Shown here: one piece after another, positions 28,505-39,834 of the stretch
Position numbering within the stretch: the stretch's first letter is position 1
How the letters are laid out: each line of letters begins with the position of its first letter
Assembly: GCA_026983675.1 (NCBI GenBank)
Contig: JALSTP010000075.1
Span: 442-64,441, forward strand
DNA length: 64,000 nt
Source of the DNA: Sedimenticola sp.
GTDB taxonomy: Bacteria; Pseudomonadota; Gammaproteobacteria; Chromatiales; Chromatiaceae
Direction of reading: 5' to 3'
Program-made: the position numbers and the translations under genes
Notes under the pieces: model-generated
Databases searched by the model: none
What the model saw: only the letters and a program-made list of their open reading frames with translations
Told to the model about the DNA's origin: nothing

Positions 28505-28971
28505 AAGTCGTGACGGCCGGTCTCGAAGAAGGGCCGGTAAAGGCCAGCCGCGGCGTGGTGCTGCTGCCAGACACCACTCTCGAGGCGGTCCTCGACGAGG
28601 CGTTCGACATGATCGTGTTGCCAGGCGGTCTGCCAGGGGCGGACCACCTCGACCGGGATCCACGCATCCGTCGACTGTTGCAGCGCCTGAGCGCAAGTGG
28701 CGGTTACACGGCGGCCATCTGTGCCGCTCCCAAGGTGTTGGCCGGCGCGGGCCTTCTCGAAGGCCATGCCGCGACTGGATACCCCGGGGTGCTTGACAAG
28801 ATGAATCTTGAACGGGTCGATCTGTTGTCTCAGCCCGTTGTGGTGGACGGCAAGGTCGTCACCTCCCGGGGACCCGGCACCGCGATGGACTTTGCCTTGC
28901 AATTGATCGAACTGTTGGCAGGGAAGACGAAACGTGAAGAGGTGGAGGCGGGACTGGTGCGCCCCTCCTGA
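28417..28971 (+). CDS. DJ-1/YajL family protein
   Basis: LAQGCEELEAVTVIDLLRRAG...VLPGGLPGA...AAICAAP (nucleophile elbow Cys). A strong GGAGGAAGTT-ATG ribosome-binding site precedes it. It overlaps the 3' end of the yibQ-like ORF by 88 nt. Confidence 0.88.
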   Translation: MARVLVPLAQGCEELEAVTVIDLLRRAGIEVVTAGLEEGPVKASRGVVLLPDTTLEAVLDEAFDMIVLPGGLPGADHLDRDPRIRRLLQRLSASGGYTAAICAAPKVLAGAGLLEGHAATGYPGVLDKMNLERVDLLSQPVVVDGKVVTSRGPGTAMDFALQLIELLAGKTKREEVEAGLVRPS

Positions 28972-29040
28972 TCGGCCCGTGTGTCCCGACGACGGACGAA
29001 CGTTCAGCGCATGACCATCTGATCTCTCGCGCTGATATGG

Positions 29041-29084
29041 CCCATCATGCTCGCGACGATCACCTAAACCCGACAGACTCCTAT
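29041..29084. repeat. partial (right-half) copy of MITE-like family A
   Basis: 42 of 44 nt identical to 22535-22578 (CCCAYCATGCTCGCGACGATCACCTAAACCCGACAGACTCCTA). Confidence 0.8.
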
Positions 29085-29112
29085 GATGAAAAACGGCGGT
29101 TTTCATCATAGG
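29080..29112. terminator. perfect 13-bp hairpin between convergent genes (possible bidirectional terminator)
   Basis: CCTATGATGAAAA-ACGGCGG-TTTTCATCATAGG. A/T runs flank both sides of the loop. It lies between the DJ-1 gene (+) and the ExoV-like gene (-). Confidence 0.55.
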
Positions 29113-29117
29113 GCGTG

Positions 29118-29990
29118 CTATCTGAAGTCCTGGCGCATCTGTTCCAGTTGGTCGAGCAGCCGCGTGGTGGCCTCGTCGATCACAGCATCCTCGCTGAGCA
29201 TGGGTTCGGCTTCGCGCGCCAGGCGGCGCATTTCCTTGCAGGCCTGGCGCGGCCGTAGCGTTCTGAGGAGCTTTCCCTTGATGCCTTTTTTGTTCCGAAG
29301 CCAGGCGCCGGTCCGCGGTAGATCGTGGGGCTGGTAGCGCATCCGCAGTGACTCACACCAGTCGTGCCATTTGAAGTCGTTCAGTTTGTCGAAAACCCGC
29401 ACCGGAATCCATGGCACCCGCAGGGCATCGGCTACAATGGCGCCGTGCATGGCCTCCGTCAGCAGGAGTTCTGTCTGCCGGATTTCCGCCAGAATCCCTT
29501 CGACACTCCCTGCCGGGTCGATGTGATGGATACCGGTCGACCTGCACGCGCTGTCCCAGTCCACCAGTTCCGCGTTCTCGTGGTAGGAGAAGAAGGAAAC
29601 GGGGAAGCGTTTCTCCGTGGCTGGCAATTCCACCGCACGCACCAGGATGCCTGAATCGCCGATGCCCCTGTCTTTGTCGAGGCCCAGGATCTCGGCGCTT
29701 CTCGGACCGCGTACCGCATAGAGCGTCCAGCGGTCGTCGATCCGGGGCGCATCGCCATAGGCCACACCGGCCCCCACCACGGCCTTGTGGGGCGCCTTCG
29801 GCATATGATGGTTGAGAAGGGAGCCGAGGCCGACGAACAAGGTTTCCGAGGGATCGGTCGTGGAATCGTCTGAAAACGCGTAATAAGGATGCTCGGTATC
29901 CAGAAAGTCACCCAGGAGCCGGGGCCAGAGCCACAGATTCAGGTCGTCACCGAAATTACCGCGGGGATCTTTGTAATAGTAGAGTCGCAT
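29118..29990 (-). CDS. polysaccharide pyruvyl transferase family protein (ExoV-like)
   Basis: MRLYYYKDPRGNFGDDLNLWLWPRLL is an N-terminus typical of ExoV/pyruvyl transferases. The start is taken at ATG 29990, preceded by AAGGA. Confidence 0.65.
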   Translation of the reverse strand: MRLYYYKDPRGNFGDDLNLWLWPRLLGDFLDTEHPYYAFSDDSTTDPSETLFVGLGSLLNHHMPKAPHKAVVGAGVAYGDAPRIDDRWTLYAVRGPRSAEILGLDKDRGIGDSGILVRAVELPATEKRFPVSFFSYHENAELVDWDSACRSTGIHHIDPAGSVEGILAEIRQTELLLTEAMHGAIVADALRVPWIPVRVFDKLNDFKWHDWCESLRMRYQPHDLPRTGAWLRNKKGIKGKLLRTLRPRQACKEMRRLAREAEPMLSEDAVIDEATTRLLDQLEQMRQDFR

Positions 29991-30074
29991 GGGGTTTCCT
30001 TGTACGTTCTCGACGATAGAGCTGTATCGGTATTCGCCCTCCAATATTGAGTACCGCCGAGCGGATACGGTGAG

Positions 30075-31733
30075 TCAGCCACGCCCCTTCAGCCAACTGT
30101 GGGCGAGCAACAGGAGGCCGCCGGCGCCCAACGCATACCCGGTGACGGCGAGGGTTGCGGGGGAGAGCATGGCCCCCTCGCCGGCGGTGAGAAGAAGGAC
30201 TGCGGCAACGAGCATGGCGGCGCCACTCACGGCGGCCGTGGTGCGCCGGTTGGCTTCCATGATGGTGTGTTGCAGGCGAGCCAGTTCCTTTGATCGCCAC
30301 TGCAGCTTCAGCCTTCCTTGTTCCGCTTCCTTGAGGACGCGGTAGGCGAGGAGGGGGATCTCCGGCAGTTGCTCCGAGAGCAGGGGCAGGCTCTTGCGCA
30401 TCCGGCCGACGAAGGCGCGCGGACCCACCTGCTTACGCATCCAGTTCTCCAAAAACGGTTTGGCCGTGGTCCAGAGGTCGAGTTCGGGGTAGAGCTGGCG
30501 GCCCAGACCCTCGATGTTGAGGAGGGTCTTCTGCAGCAGCACCAACTGGGGCTGGATCTCCATGTCGAAGCGGCGTGCGGTCTGGAAAAGGCGCAGAAGA
30601 AAGTGGCCGAAGGAGATCTCCGCGAGCGGCTTCTCGAAGATGGGCTCGGAGACGGTGCGGATGGCCGCTTCGAACTCCTCCACCCGGGTGCCTTTGGGTA
30701 CCCAACCGGACTCCACGTGCAGCTCGGCCACCCGCCGGTAGTCGCGGTGGAAGAAGGCGAGCAGGTTGTCGGCGAGGTAGCGCTGGTCCTCGGTGGTGAG
30801 GGTGCCCATGATGCCGAAATCCACCGAGATATAGCGCCCGGTGGGTTCCACGAAGATGTTGCCGGGGTGCATGTCGGCGTGGAAGAAGTTGTCCCGGAAC
30901 ACCTGGGTGAAAAAGATTTCCACGCCGCGCTCGCCGAGCATGCGCATGCTGATGCCCTGTCGCTTGAGTGTTTCCACGTCGCTCACCGGGGTGCCGTAGA
31001 CCCGCTCCATCACCATCACGTTCTGACGGCAATGGTCCCAGTAGACCTCCGGAATGTAGAGCATCTCGCTGTTGAGGAAGTTGCGCCGCAGTTGGGAGGC
31101 GTTGGCCGCCTCCCGCAGCAGGTCGAGTTCGTCGAAGATGGTGCGTTCGTACTCCTCCACCACTTCCACCGGCCGCAATCGGCGCCCGTCCTTCCAGTAG
31201 CGCCGGGCCAGACGGGCGAGGGTGTAGAGCAGATCCACGTCACGCCGGATCACCCGCTCGATGCCGGGGCGGAGCACCTTGACCACCACCTCGCGCCCGT
31301 CCTTCAGCCGGGCGGTATGCACTTGGGCAATAGAGGCCGAGGCCAGCGGGGATTCGTTGAATTCGTCCAGCACCGCTTCGATCGGTTGACCCCAGGCCTT
31401 CTCGATCAGCGACCGCGCCTCATCGCCGGGGAAGGGCGGCACGCGGTCCTGGAGTTTGGCCAGTTCCTCGGCGATATCGTCGGGCAGCAGATCACGGCGG
31501 GTGGAGAGGATCTGGCCAAATTTGACGAAGATGGGACCGAGGTCTTCGAGCACCCGGCGCAGGCGTACCGGGTAGGGGGGCAGCTCGCGTCTCCGCCAGT
31601 TCCAGGGGGACAGGTAATAGACGAAGCGCACCGGCCGCATCAGGTGGGTGGCGAGGATCACCTCGTCCAGGCCATGGCGGATCAGCACCCGGTTGATATG
31701 GAACAGGCGCAGGGCCTGTGCGGGGCGGATCAT
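30075..31733 (-). CDS. ubiB: ubiquinone biosynthesis regulatory kinase-like protein UbiB
   Basis: [20 protein letters not shown]...ASIAQVH...[10 protein letters not shown]. Two C-terminal TM helices. Confidence 0.95.
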   Translation of the reverse strand: MIRPAQALRLFHINRVLIRHGLDEVILATHLMRPVRFVYYLSPWNWRRRELPPYPVRLRRVLEDLGPIFVKFGQILSTRRDLLPDDIAEELAKLQDRVPPFPGDEARSLIEKAWGQPIEAVLDEFNESPLASASIAQVHTARLKDGREVVVKVLRPGIERVIRRDVDLLYTLARLARRYWKDGRRLRPVEVVEEYERTIFDELDLLREAANASQLRRNFLNSEMLYIPEVYWDHCRQNVMVMERVYGTPVSDVETLKRQGISMRMLGERGVEIFFTQVFRDNFFHADMHPGNIFVEPTGRYISVDFGIMGTLTTEDQRYLADNLLAFFHRDYRRVAELHVESGWVPKGTRVEEFEAAIRTVSEPIFEKPLAEISFGHFLLRLFQTARRFDMEIQPQLVLLQKTLLNIEGLGRQLYPELDLWTTAKPFLENWMRKQVGPRAFVGRMRKSLPLLSEQLPEIPLLAYRVLKEAEQGRLKLQWRSKELARLQHTIMEANRRTTAAVSGAAMLVAAVLLLTAGEGAMLSPATLAVTGYALGAGGLLLLAHSWLKGRG

Positions 31734-32341
31734 CCCGTCAGGTCTCGCAGCCGTCGGATGCGCGCTTCCAGCCGATCTACGTCATGGCGGAGCGTATCCA
31801 CATCACGGTAGAACCCCTCCAGTTCATAGCGGGTCGGCAGCAGACGCGCCTCTTCCTGGAGATACTCCTGCAGATCCTTGCCCAGGGTGTGCGCGCTCCG
31901 CCCGCCCCAGTCCGTGAGACGCCGCACCAGACTGCCGAGCCTGTGCGCGACCACGTCACCGGTGAGATGGGAGAGCTGCTCTTCCCAGTCAATGTCGAGG
32001 CTGCCGAGAAACTTGCCAAAACGATGGCCCAACTCGGTGTCACCCTCGATCTCCACCTGGCCGCCGAAGAGTTGCTCGGTGCTGCCCTTCTGGTCCTGCA
32101 TCCGCATCAAGGCAAGCGGGGTGCCGCGCAGAACGCAATCGGGTTCGCCCTCGTAGTGGCCGAACACCTGGATGCCGGCGGGGCCGGGGACCAGGTAGAG
32201 TCGTTGACCGAGGCCGACCAGATCGATGCCGATCACCCGGCCGTGCAGGCGCTTCAGCCCGCGATGCGCCTCGGGATCGAGGGCGAGGTAGCGGTTGATG
32301 GCCTGCTCCAGCAAAGCGAGGCTGGCTTCTCCGATGCTCAC
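31730..32341 (-). CDS. ubiJ: ubiquinone biosynthesis accessory factor UbiJ (SCP2 domain)
   Basis: It sits between ubiE and ubiB, with [11 protein letters not shown]...LRG..LALMRM. The GTG at 32341 is preceded by AAGGAG. Its stop overlaps the ubiB start (ATGA). Confidence 0.8.
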   Translation of the reverse strand: MSIGEASLALLEQAINRYLALDPEAHRGLKRLHGRVIGIDLVGLGQRLYLVPGPAGIQVFGHYEGEPDCVLRGTPLALMRMQDQKGSTEQLFGGQVEIEGDTELGHRFGKFLGSLDIDWEEQLSHLTGDVVAHRLGSLVRRLTDWGGRSAHTLGKDLQEYLQEEARLLPTRYELEGFYRDVDTLRHDVDRLEARIRRLRDLTG

Positions 32342-32351
32342 CCCCCGCTCC

Positions 32352-33101
32352 TTACAGCTTGTAGCCGCGGTGGATGGCGACAATGCCGCCAGTGAGATTG
32401 AAATATTCGCAGCGTTCGAAACCGGCCTGCTCCATCATCCCCTTCAGAGTCTCCTGATCGGGGTGCATGCGGATCGACTCGGCCAGGTACCGATAGCTTC
32501 CCTCGTCCTTGGCCACCAGCCGTCCCATCAGGGGCAGCAGCTTGAAGGAGTAGAGATCGTAGACTGTCTTAAGAGGTTTCGGAACCGGCTTGGAGAATTC
32601 CAGGATCAGCACCCGGCCGCCAGGACGCAATGCATGGAACATGGCCTCCAGGGCGCGCTGCTTGTCGGTCACATTACGCAACCCGAAGCCGATGGTGATG
32701 CAGTCGAAGGTATCATCGGGAAAAGGCAGTTGCTGGGCGTCTGCCTGTACATACTCCACATTGCCCACCAACCCCTCGTCCACCATACGCGCGCGCCCCT
32801 CTTCGAGCATCGAGGCGTTGATGTCGGAGAACACGACCAGGCCCTCGGCCCCCACCAGCCCGGCGAAGCGCGAGGACAGATCGCCTGTGCCCGCCGCGAG
32901 GTCGAGCACCCGCTGGCCGCGGCGCACGCCCGACAACTCCACGGCCTGGCGCTTCCACAGCCGATGGATGCCCAGCGACATCAGGTCGTTCATCAGGTCG
33001 TAGCGGTTGGCGACGGAATCGAATACCGCCTTCACCCGCTCCGCCTTCTCTTCGACCGGCACCTCCTTGTAACCGAAATGCGTCGTCTTTTTCTCCTGCA
33101 T
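32352..33101 (-). CDS. ubiE: demethylmenaquinone/ubiquinone C-methyltransferase UbiE
   Basis: [42 protein letters not shown]...[10 protein letters not shown]. The track ORF extends upstream, but homology begins at ATG 33101. Confidence 0.93.
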   Translation of the reverse strand: MQEKKTTHFGYKEVPVEEKAERVKAVFDSVANRYDLMNDLMSLGIHRLWKRQAVELSGVRRGQRVLDLAAGTGDLSSRFAGLVGAEGLVVFSDINASMLEEGRARMVDEGLVGNVEYVQADAQQLPFPDDTFDCITIGFGLRNVTDKQRALEAMFHALRPGGRVLILEFSKPVPKPLKTVYDLYSFKLLPLMGRLVAKDEGSYRYLAESIRMHPDQETLKGMMEQAGFERCEYFNLTGGIVAIHRGYKL

Positions 33102-33174
33102 GGCCGCGGCTCCCCAACTGACAGGGATCCCATGATATCCGATCTTGGGAACCCTGGGCAGGGGCGGCTTCGTG

Positions 33175-33543
33175 TCAGGCGTCCGGCGCCTTGCGCGTGT
33201 GGCCGGCGGCCTCCAGGCGGGCAAGGTAGTCCTGCCACTTGCGTTCGTAGTTGGCGCCCAGGTCGTAGAGGGTGCTCCAGGAGTAGATGCCGGTGTTGTG
33301 GCCGTCGTCGAAATGCAGGATGACGGCATAGTTGCCCACCGGCTCGATACGCTCGATGTTCACGTCCTCCTTGCCCACCTGCAGCGTCTCCTGGCCGGGT
33401 CCATGGCCCTGCACCTCGGCGGACGGGGAGTAGACGCGCAGATATTCGCACGGCAGATCGAAGCGGCTGCCGTCATCGAAGGTGATTTCGAGCACCCGGG
33501 ATTGGCGGTGCAGATTGATTTCCGTAGGATGATGATTTGACAT
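33175..33543 (-). CDS. DUF971 (gamma-butyrobetaine hydroxylase-like N-terminal domain) protein
   Basis: [27 protein letters not shown]...[20 protein letters not shown]. Confidence 0.8.
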   Translation of the reverse strand: MSNHHPTEINLHRQSRVLEITFDDGSRFDLPCEYLRVYSPSAEVQGHGPGQETLQVGKEDVNIERIEPVGNYAVILHFDDGHNTGIYSWSTLYDLGANYERKWQDYLARLEAAGHTRKAPDA

Positions 33544-33561
33544 GGTCTGTTCAGGATCTCC

Positions 33562-34902
33562 TTAGAGAATATAGCGGCTGAGGTCCTCGTTGGAGGCCAG
33601 CTCGGCGAGGTGTTTATCCACATAGGCGGCATCGATGGTAACGGTCTCACCCTGGTGTTCGGTGGCGGTGAAGGAGACCTCGTCGAGCAGCCGTTCGAGC
33701 ACCGTGTGCAGGCGGCGGGCGCCGATGTTTTCAGTGCGTTCGTTTACCTGCCAGGCCATTTCGGCGATGCGCCGGATACCGTCCTGGGTAAACTCCAGGG
33801 TGACGCCCTCGGTGGCCAGCAGCGCCTTGTACTGGTCCGTGAGCGAGGCGTCGGGCTCGGTCAGGATACGGACGAAGTCGTCCGAGGTCAGGGCGTCCAG
33901 CTCCACACGGATGGGCAGACGCCCCTGAAGCTCCGGGATCAGGTCGGAGGGCTTGGCCAGATGGAACGCCCCGGAGGCGATGAACAGGATGTGGTCGGTC
34001 TTCACCATGCCGTGCTTGGTGGAGACGGTGCATCCCTCCACCAGCGGCAGCAGGTCGCGTTGCACCCCCTCGCGGGAGACGTCGGCGCCGCCGTATTCGG
34101 AACGTTTGGCCACCTTGTCCAGCTCGTCGAGGAAGACGATGCCGTTCTGCTCCACCATCTCCAGGGCGCGGATCTTGAGTTCTTCCTCGTTCACCCGCTT
34201 CGCCGCCTCTTCGTCGCGCACCACCTTGAGGGCGTCGCGGACGCGCAACTTGCGTCGCCGGGTGCGGCCGCTGCCGAGGTTTCGGAACAGGCCCTGAAGC
34301 TGGCTGGTCATCTCCTCCATCCCCGGCGGGGCCATGATCTCGACCCCCACCGGCGTGGCGCTGACCTCGATCTCGATCTCGCGATCATCCAGCTCACCGG
34401 CGCGCAACTTGTCGCGGAACTTCTCGCGGGTGGATTCGGAGATGCCGCCGGAGGGCTGCGCCTCCTCGGCGAAACTGGTGGGTGTCGGCGAGGGGAGCAG
34501 GGCGTCGAGGATGCGCTCCTCCGCGGCCATCTCGGCGAGATCGCGCACCTTCTCCATCTCCTGTTCCCGCACCATCTTGGCGGCGGCGTCGGCGAGGTCT
34601 CGGACGATGGATTCCACGTCGCGGCCCACATAGCCCACCTCGGTGAACTTGGTCGCCTCCACCTTGAGAAAGGGGGCGTTGGCCAGCTTCGCCAGACGCC
34701 GGGCAATCTCGGTCTTGCCGACGCCGGTGGGGCCGATCATGAGGATGTTCTTGGGCGTGATCTCGTTGCGCAGGGGGTCGTCGACCTGGCTGCGGCGCCA
34801 GCGGTTGCGGAGGGCGATGGCGACAGCCCGCTTGGCGGCCGACTGGCCGATGATGTGCTTGTCCAGCTCTGCGACGATCTTCTGGGGAGTGGGTTCCGGC
34901 AT
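33562..34902 (-). CDS. hslU: ATP-dependent protease ATPase subunit HslU
   Basis: [15 protein letters not shown]...[17 protein letters not shown]...[10 protein letters not shown]. Confidence 0.97.
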   Translation of the reverse strand: MPEPTPQKIVAELDKHIIGQSAAKRAVAIALRNRWRRSQVDDPLRNEITPKNILMIGPTGVGKTEIARRLAKLANAPFLKVEATKFTEVGYVGRDVESIVRDLADAAAKMVREQEMEKVRDLAEMAAEERILDALLPSPTPTSFAEEAQPSGGISESTREKFRDKLRAGELDDREIEIEVSATPVGVEIMAPPGMEEMTSQLQGLFRNLGSGRTRRRKLRVRDALKVVRDEEAAKRVNEEELKIRALEMVEQNGIVFLDELDKVAKRSEYGGADVSREGVQRDLLPLVEGCTVSTKHGMVKTDHILFIASGAFHLAKPSDLIPELQGRLPIRVELDALTSDDFVRILTEPDASLTDQYKALLATEGVTLEFTQDGIRRIAEMAWQVNERTENIGARRLHTVLERLLDEVSFTATEHQGETVTIDAAYVDKHLAELASNEDLSRYIL

Positions 34903-34905
34903 GGT

Positions 34906-35451
34906 TCAGGTTTCGCTTTCCAGCTCCTCGATGAGCAGGTTGTGATTGGTATAGATGCAGATGTCCGCGGCGATGTTGAGGCCCTTTTCGACGATCTCCC
35001 GCGCGCCCAGATCCGTGCTCTCCATCAGCGCCCGCGCCGCCGCCTGGGCGAAGGGGCCGCCAGAGCCGATCGCCATCAGGCCGTGTTCCGGCTCGATCAC
35101 GTCGCCGGTGCCGGAGATGATCAGCGACGCCTTGCCGTCGGCCACGCACAGCAGCGCCTCCAGGCGGCGCAACATGCGGTCGGTGCGCCAGTCCTTGGCC
35201 AGTTCCACCGCGGCGCGGGTGAGGTGGCCGTGGTGTTCTTCCAGCTTGCCCTCGAAGCGCTCGAACAGGGTGAAGGCGTCGGCGGTGGCGCCGGCGAATC
35301 CGGCCAGCACCTTGTCCTTGTAGAGCCGGCGCACCTTGCGGGCGTTGCCCTTCATCACCGTGTTGCCCATGGAGACCTGGCCGTCGCCACCGACCACCAC
35401 CCGGCCGTTGCGGCGCACGGAGAGTATGGTTGTACCTCGTAGCGGTTCCAC
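34906..35451 (-). CDS. hslV: ATP-dependent protease subunit HslV
   Basis: [38 protein letters not shown]... The start is taken at GTG 35451 ([14 protein letters not shown] 7 nt upstream), giving a short propeptide before the catalytic Thr like the MEQFHG-TTI form I recall from beta-proteobacteria. ATG 35484 is an alternative. Confidence 0.88.
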   Translation of the reverse strand: MEPLRGTTILSVRRNGRVVVGGDGQVSMGNTVMKGNARKVRRLYKDKVLAGFAGATADAFTLFERFEGKLEEHHGHLTRAAVELAKDWRTDRMLRRLEALLCVADGKASLIISGTGDVIEPEHGLMAIGSGGPFAQAAARALMESTDLGAREIVEKGLNIAADICIYTNHNLLIEELESET

Positions 35452-35533
35452 GCGTTGATCCTGTATCGGCTGAAGATCATTCATTGTACCGGAGGAGGCG
35501 GGGGGACAAAACCTGCGGCTGGACGCGGGAGAT

Positions 35534-36436
35534 TCACCCCTTGCGGCGGTGGGCCCGGGGATGGGCCTGGTCGTAGACCTGGGCCAGGTGCTGGAAGTCG
35601 AGATGGGTGTAGATCTGAGTGGTGGCGATATCGGCATGGCCAAGCAACTCCTGTACTGCGCGCAGATCGCCGGAGGATTCCAGCAGGTGGCTGGCGAAGG
35701 AGTGGCGCAGCAGGTGGGGATGGACGGCGCGCGGTGCATGTTGCAACGATGACCACCGTTTCAGCCGCGCCTGTACCGTGCGTGGACGGATGCGTCCCCC
35801 CCGCGCGCTGACAAACAGCGCCGGTTCGTCCAGGGTGGCGAGCCGGCCCCGCAGCGCCAGCCAGCGGCGGATCGCCTCCCGCGCCGTGCGTCCCACCGGT
35901 ACGCGCCGGGTCTTGCCCCCTTTGCCGGTGACCTGGAGGGTGGCGTCTTCCAGGTCGATATCGCCGAGATCGAGGGAGACCAGTTCCGCCAGCCGCAGCC
36001 CGGAGGAATAGAACAGCTCCATGATGGCGGCATCGCGCCGGCCCAGTGGCGTGTCGTCGTCGAGGCTCAGAAGGTGATCGAGCTGATCCGCGTCCAATGT
36101 GACGGGCAGCCTGCGGGGCGATTTGGGTGCACGCACGCCATCTGCCGGGTTCGTCGCCGCATCGCCTTCGTTCATCAGATAGCGGAACAGGCTGCGCAAG
36201 GCCGAGAGTTCACGTTGCAGGGTGCGGCCGGAGGCCCCGCGGCGATGGCGCCAGGCCACGTAATCGCGCACCTGTGCCTGCCCCAGGTGCGGCCAGTCGG
36301 CAATGCCGTGATCCGCCATCCACCCGGCGATGCGCCGCAGGTCGCGGCGGTAGTTGTCCAGGGTATGCGGCGACAACCGCCGCTGGTGTTCCAGGTGGTC
36401 GAGGAACCGGCTGGCCCGGGTGTCGCAACTGGTCAT
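35534..36436 (-). CDS. xerC: tyrosine recombinase XerC
   Basis: R...HxxR...Y catalytic signature ([23 protein letters not shown]). dapF-DUF484-xerC synteny. Confidence 0.9.
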   Translation of the reverse strand: MTSCDTRASRFLDHLEHQRRLSPHTLDNYRRDLRRIAGWMADHGIADWPHLGQAQVRDYVAWRHRRGASGRTLQRELSALRSLFRYLMNEGDAATNPADGVRAPKSPRRLPVTLDADQLDHLLSLDDDTPLGRRDAAIMELFYSSGLRLAELVSLDLGDIDLEDATLQVTGKGGKTRRVPVGRTAREAIRRWLALRGRLATLDEPALFVSARGGRIRPRTVQARLKRWSSLQHAPRAVHPHLLRHSFASHLLESSGDLRAVQELLGHADIATTQIYTHLDFQHLAQVYDQAHPRAHRRKG

Positions 36437-37125
36437 CAGACGCCGGGCAGCGAGACCACTTCGAGGGTGTGGCTGACCACCTCGCCGAGGCGAACGAGGA
36501 AATCGGTCCCCTTGTTGGGGGAAAAGCGCCCCTTGTCGTGACTGCCGATGGCGAGCATGCCCAGGACCCCCTCGGCACGCAAGGGAATCAGCGCCGCCGA
36601 GCGGATGTCCTCGGCCTCCACGCTGAACAGGTACTGCAGTTGCTCCGGCGTGAGGGGGCCACAGACCGGCCGTCCTTGCTGGAAAAAATCCTTGAAGACC
36701 GCGCCTTCGGCCTCGTCGCTGCCGGTGTGATCGTCGAGGTGTGAGGAAGAGAACAACCGCAGTTCCACCGCATCGGCCCGGAATTTGTCGTGCAACTCGT
36801 CCTGCAGGGCATTGAGCACCTCGTCGAAGGTGGCGGCCTCGATCAACGACAGGGTAAGGCGATGCAGACGCCGGTTGAGCCGATCATTGTCGCGGGCGAC
36901 GGTGATCAACGCCTCGAGTTGTTGCCTGTAGCGCAGGTTCTCTTCACGAAGGGCCGCCACCTGCCGTTCGATCAGCGACACCGCCGATCCGCGGGTTGTG
37001 TGCGGTATGCGCAGTTCGTTCAGGAGTTCCGGGTGATGTTCGAAGAAATCCGGATGCGCGGCCAGATAATCGGCAATGATGCGCTCATTTGGCGCATGTT
37101 CGCGCGTTTTGGTGCTCGTGTTCAC
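36436..37125 (-). CDS. DUF484 (YigA-like) protein
   Basis: [26 protein letters not shown]...[14 protein letters not shown]. The GTG start overlaps the dapF stop (GTGA), and its stop overlaps the xerC start (ATGA). The longer track ORF is an upstream read-through. Confidence 0.85.
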   Translation of the reverse strand: MNTSTKTREHAPNERIIADYLAAHPDFFEHHPELLNELRIPHTTRGSAVSLIERQVAALREENLRYRQQLEALITVARDNDRLNRRLHRLTLSLIEAATFDEVLNALQDELHDKFRADAVELRLFSSSHLDDHTGSDEAEGAVFKDFFQQGRPVCGPLTPEQLQYLFSVEAEDIRSAALIPLRAEGVLGMLAIGSHDKGRFSPNKGTDFLVRLGEVVSHTLEVVSLPGV

Positions 37126-37949
37126 AGTTCGATACTCCCCTCGAAGACAATTTCGGCGGGGCCCGACATCCAGACCGGCGCCTCGCCGCCCTGCCACTCT
37201 ATCACAAGATCGCCGCCGCGCAGATCGACCTCGACCCGCTCGTTCAACAGGCCCTGGATGCGTCCGGCCACCACGGCGGCGCAGGCGCCGGTGCCACAGG
37301 CCAGCGTCTCGCCCGCGCCGCGTTCGTAGACCCGCAGGCGGATGTGCGCGGGGTCGATGATCTGCATGAAGCCGACATTGACGCGGTTGGGAAAGCGCGG
37401 ATGGTGCTCGATCAGCGGGCCCAGGCGGTGTACCGGCGCCTCGTCCACACTCTTGACCTGCAATACCGCATGGGGATTGCCCATGGAGACAGCGGCGATG
37501 GTCAGCCGTTCGCCGTCCACCTCCAGCAGGTAACTCTTGTGCTGTGTGTCGGCCACAAACGGGATGTCCGGGGGCGCCAGCAAAGGCCGGCCCATATTGA
37601 CGCGCACCTGCCCATGAGGTTCCAGATAGAGCCGGATGTTGCCCGCCCGGGTGCCCACATCGATCACCTCCTTGTCGCTGAGTCCCTTCTCGTGTACAAA
37701 ACGGGCGAAGCAACGGGCGCCGTTGCCACACTGTTCCACCTCGGAACCATCGGCATTGAAGATGCGATAATAGAAATCCGTGGTGGCATCGCGTGGCGGC
37801 TCCACCAGCAGGATCTGGTCACAACCGATGCCAAAGCGCCGGTCGGCGATACGGCGCACCTGCGCGGGCGACAGGTCCACCTGCTGGCCGATGGCGTCGA
37901 ATACCACGAAATCGTTTCCGAGTCCCTGCATTTTCGTGAAGGTCGGCAT
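37122..37949 (-). CDS. dapF: diaminopimelate epimerase
   Basis: [18 protein letters not shown]...[20 protein letters not shown]...[11 protein letters not shown]. Confidence 0.95.
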   Translation of the reverse strand: MPTFTKMQGLGNDFVVFDAIGQQVDLSPAQVRRIADRRFGIGCDQILLVEPPRDATTDFYYRIFNADGSEVEQCGNGARCFARFVHEKGLSDKEVIDVGTRAGNIRLYLEPHGQVRVNMGRPLLAPPDIPFVADTQHKSYLLEVDGERLTIAAVSMGNPHAVLQVKSVDEAPVHRLGPLIEHHPRFPNRVNVGFMQIIDPAHIRLRVYERGAGETLACGTGACAAVVAGRIQGLLNERVEVDLRGGDLVIEWQGGEAPVWMSGPAEIVFEGSIEL

Positions 37950-38067
37950 GGTCTCAAAGATACCCGTTGCCGGCCGGATTGGAAAGAGCGGAATGGTTGA
38001 CCAAACTGGGGGCGGGCGCGGTTTTCCGGAGGCGCCACCCATGACAGAGACGAGGTTTGCGTAGAGA

Positions 38068-38769
38068 ATGGATCGGGAGTTCTGGTTGGGTCACCTGGCG
38101 ATACCTCTCGGCGTGTTTCTGGCCGCCGTTTTCCTTCAGCAGACCGTGCCCGTGGACCGGATGCTTGCAGACTGGATCTATGCGCTGGAGGGGCATCGCT
38201 GGTCGCTGCGGGATGCGCCCCTGTTTTCCATGGTGTTGCACACAGGGGCGCAAAAGATGATGGTGGGCGTGGGGCTGGCCGTGATTGTGGCGGCGCTGGC
38301 GAGTCTTCGGATCGAACGGTTGCGGCCGTGGCGGCGGCCGCTTGCCTATCTGGCCGTTGTGATGCCTCTGTCGGCGCTGTTGGTCGCCGGTCTCAAGGAG
38401 ATCACCCATGTGGATTGCCCCTGGGATCTTCTGCGTTATGGTGGCAGCCGGCCCTTCGTCGGCCTGTTTCAGCACCATTCCGGCGCGTATCCTTACGGCC
38501 GGTGTTTCCCCGCCGGCCATGCCAGTGGCGGGTACGCGCTGGTGGCGCTCTATTTTTTTCTGCGCGAGGTGGCGCCGGACAAGCGTTGGGCCGGGCTCGC
38601 CATCGGCCTGGGCGCCGGGATGCTTTTCGGGATGGTGCAGCAGCTGCGGGGGGCGCACTTTCTGTCCCATGACCTTTGGGCCTTGGCGATATGCTGGTTC
38701 AACAGCCTGTTGGGATACCGGCTCTTTTTCGGAAATCGTCATCGGACGACAAAGGGGGCTTCATCGTGA
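38068..38769 (+). CDS. PAP2 superfamily lipid phosphatase
   Basis: Polytopic membrane protein with the PAP2 motifs [12 protein letters not shown] / PAGHASGG / [11 protein letters not shown]. Confidence 0.85.
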   Translation: MDREFWLGHLAIPLGVFLAAVFLQQTVPVDRMLADWIYALEGHRWSLRDAPLFSMVLHTGAQKMMVGVGLAVIVAALASLRIERLRPWRRPLAYLAVVMPLSALLVAGLKEITHVDCPWDLLRYGGSRPFVGLFQHHSGAYPYGRCFPAGHASGGYALVALYFFLREVAPDKRWAGLAIGLGAGMLFGMVQQLRGAHFLSHDLWALAICWFNSLLGYRLFFGNRHRTTKGASS

Positions 38770-39125
38770 AACCGGGCAACACGGGAATCGATCGCATCAT
38801 CAAGGCCACCGGCTATTCATGGCTCGGCCTGAAGGCCGCGTGGCGGCATGAGGCCGCATTTCGGCAGGAGCTGATGCTGGCGGTGGTGCTGGCGCCTGCC
38901 GCGCTCTATTTCGGGCAGAGTGGTGTTGAGCGCGCCCTGCTGCTCGGCAGCCTGTTCCTCGTGGTCATTGTGGAACTGCTCAACTCGGCCATCGAGGCGG
39001 TGGTGGACCGCTTCGGCGGGGCGCAACACGCGCTGTCCGGGCGGGCCAAGGATATGGGCTCCGCGGCGGTCTTCGTCGCCCTCGCCTGCGCCGCCGTTGT
39101 CTGGATGGCGGTGCTGTGGCCGTGA
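38766..39125 (+). CDS. dgkA: diacylglycerol kinase
   Basis: GIDRIIKATGYSWLGLKAAWRHEAAFRQE...VELLNSAIEAVVDR...AKDMGSAAV. The GTG start overlaps the PAP2 stop (GTGA). Confidence 0.9.
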   Translation: MKPGNTGIDRIIKATGYSWLGLKAAWRHEAAFRQELMLAVVLAPAALYFGQSGVERALLLGSLFLVVIVELLNSAIEAVVDRFGGAQHALSGRAKDMGSAAVFVALACAAVVWMAVLWP

Positions 39126-39279
39126 TTGCCCGATGTCAATGCGGGCGGGCCTCGCCCTGTGCGATCCTGATGCGGTCTGCAGCCGGGCATCGTGACCAGA
39201 GGAGACCCCGAATGGAGGGGCCTTGCTGTGAGCGCGCTTGCCCGGTACGTGTGAGATCCATAGAGAATCGGTACCCATC

Positions 39280-39762
39280 ATGAAGCAGGAAGAGAAACAG
39301 AAGCTGGCCGAAGAGGCCTATGAAAAGGCGGTAAAGTACGAGCTCGACTACGGTTGCTGTCCCCAGTGCGTATTGGCCACGGTGCAGGAGACGGTCGGCA
39401 TCGTCAGCGACGAGACGATCAAGGCGAGTCATGGCCTGTCCGGTGGTGGCGGTCTCATGGCAAAGGGCGCCTGCGGGGCCCTTACCGGGGGGTTGATGGC
39501 ATTGAGCGCCAAACGCGGGCGCGATCGGGACCGGCTCGACAAGGGGCGCTTTATCACCAACTTCAAAAAGGGGCGCGAACTGGTGGAGCGATTTGAGCAG
39601 ACGTTTGGCGGCATCACCTGCGAGGAACTTCAGAAACGGTTCACGGGTCGTACCTACGATATGTGGAACGCGGACGAGTACAAGCAGTTCGACCAGGAGC
39701 GCGGCAACCAGTGCGCCCATGCCACCGGTCTGGTGACCAAGTGGGTGATCGAGATGCTGTAA
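39280..39762 (+). CDS. C_GCAxxG_C_C family protein
   Basis: YGCCPQCVL...GACGALTGGLMAL...CEEL...GNQCAH cysteine pattern characteristic of this family. Confidence 0.7.
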   Translation: MKQEEKQKLAEEAYEKAVKYELDYGCCPQCVLATVQETVGIVSDETIKASHGLSGGGGLMAKGACGALTGGLMALSAKRGRDRDRLDKGRFITNFKKGRELVERFEQTFGGITCEELQKRFTGRTYDMWNADEYKQFDQERGNQCAHATGLVTKWVIEML

Positions 39763-39834
39763 CGGCCCGGGATGGGGTATCATCCCGCCATACCCCGGCC
39801 CACCCCCTGATGAATCGAGACGACCGGCCTTTCC

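Noticed and set aside
35452-35484. Longer HslV form starting at ATG 35484 (17-aa N-terminal extension).
   Set aside because: An in-frame GTG at 35451 with an AGGA ribosome-binding site gives [10 protein letters not shown]. This matches the short propeptide form (MEQFHG-TTI) I recall from other proteobacteria, so the longer form is less likely. The start remains unverified.
35534-36436. Tyrosine recombinase as a possible marker of an integrated mobile element.
   Set aside because: It sits in the conserved dapF-DUF484(yigA)-xerC housekeeping arrangement with start/stop overlaps to its neighbours. It is the chromosome-dimer resolvase XerC, not a phage or ICE integrase.
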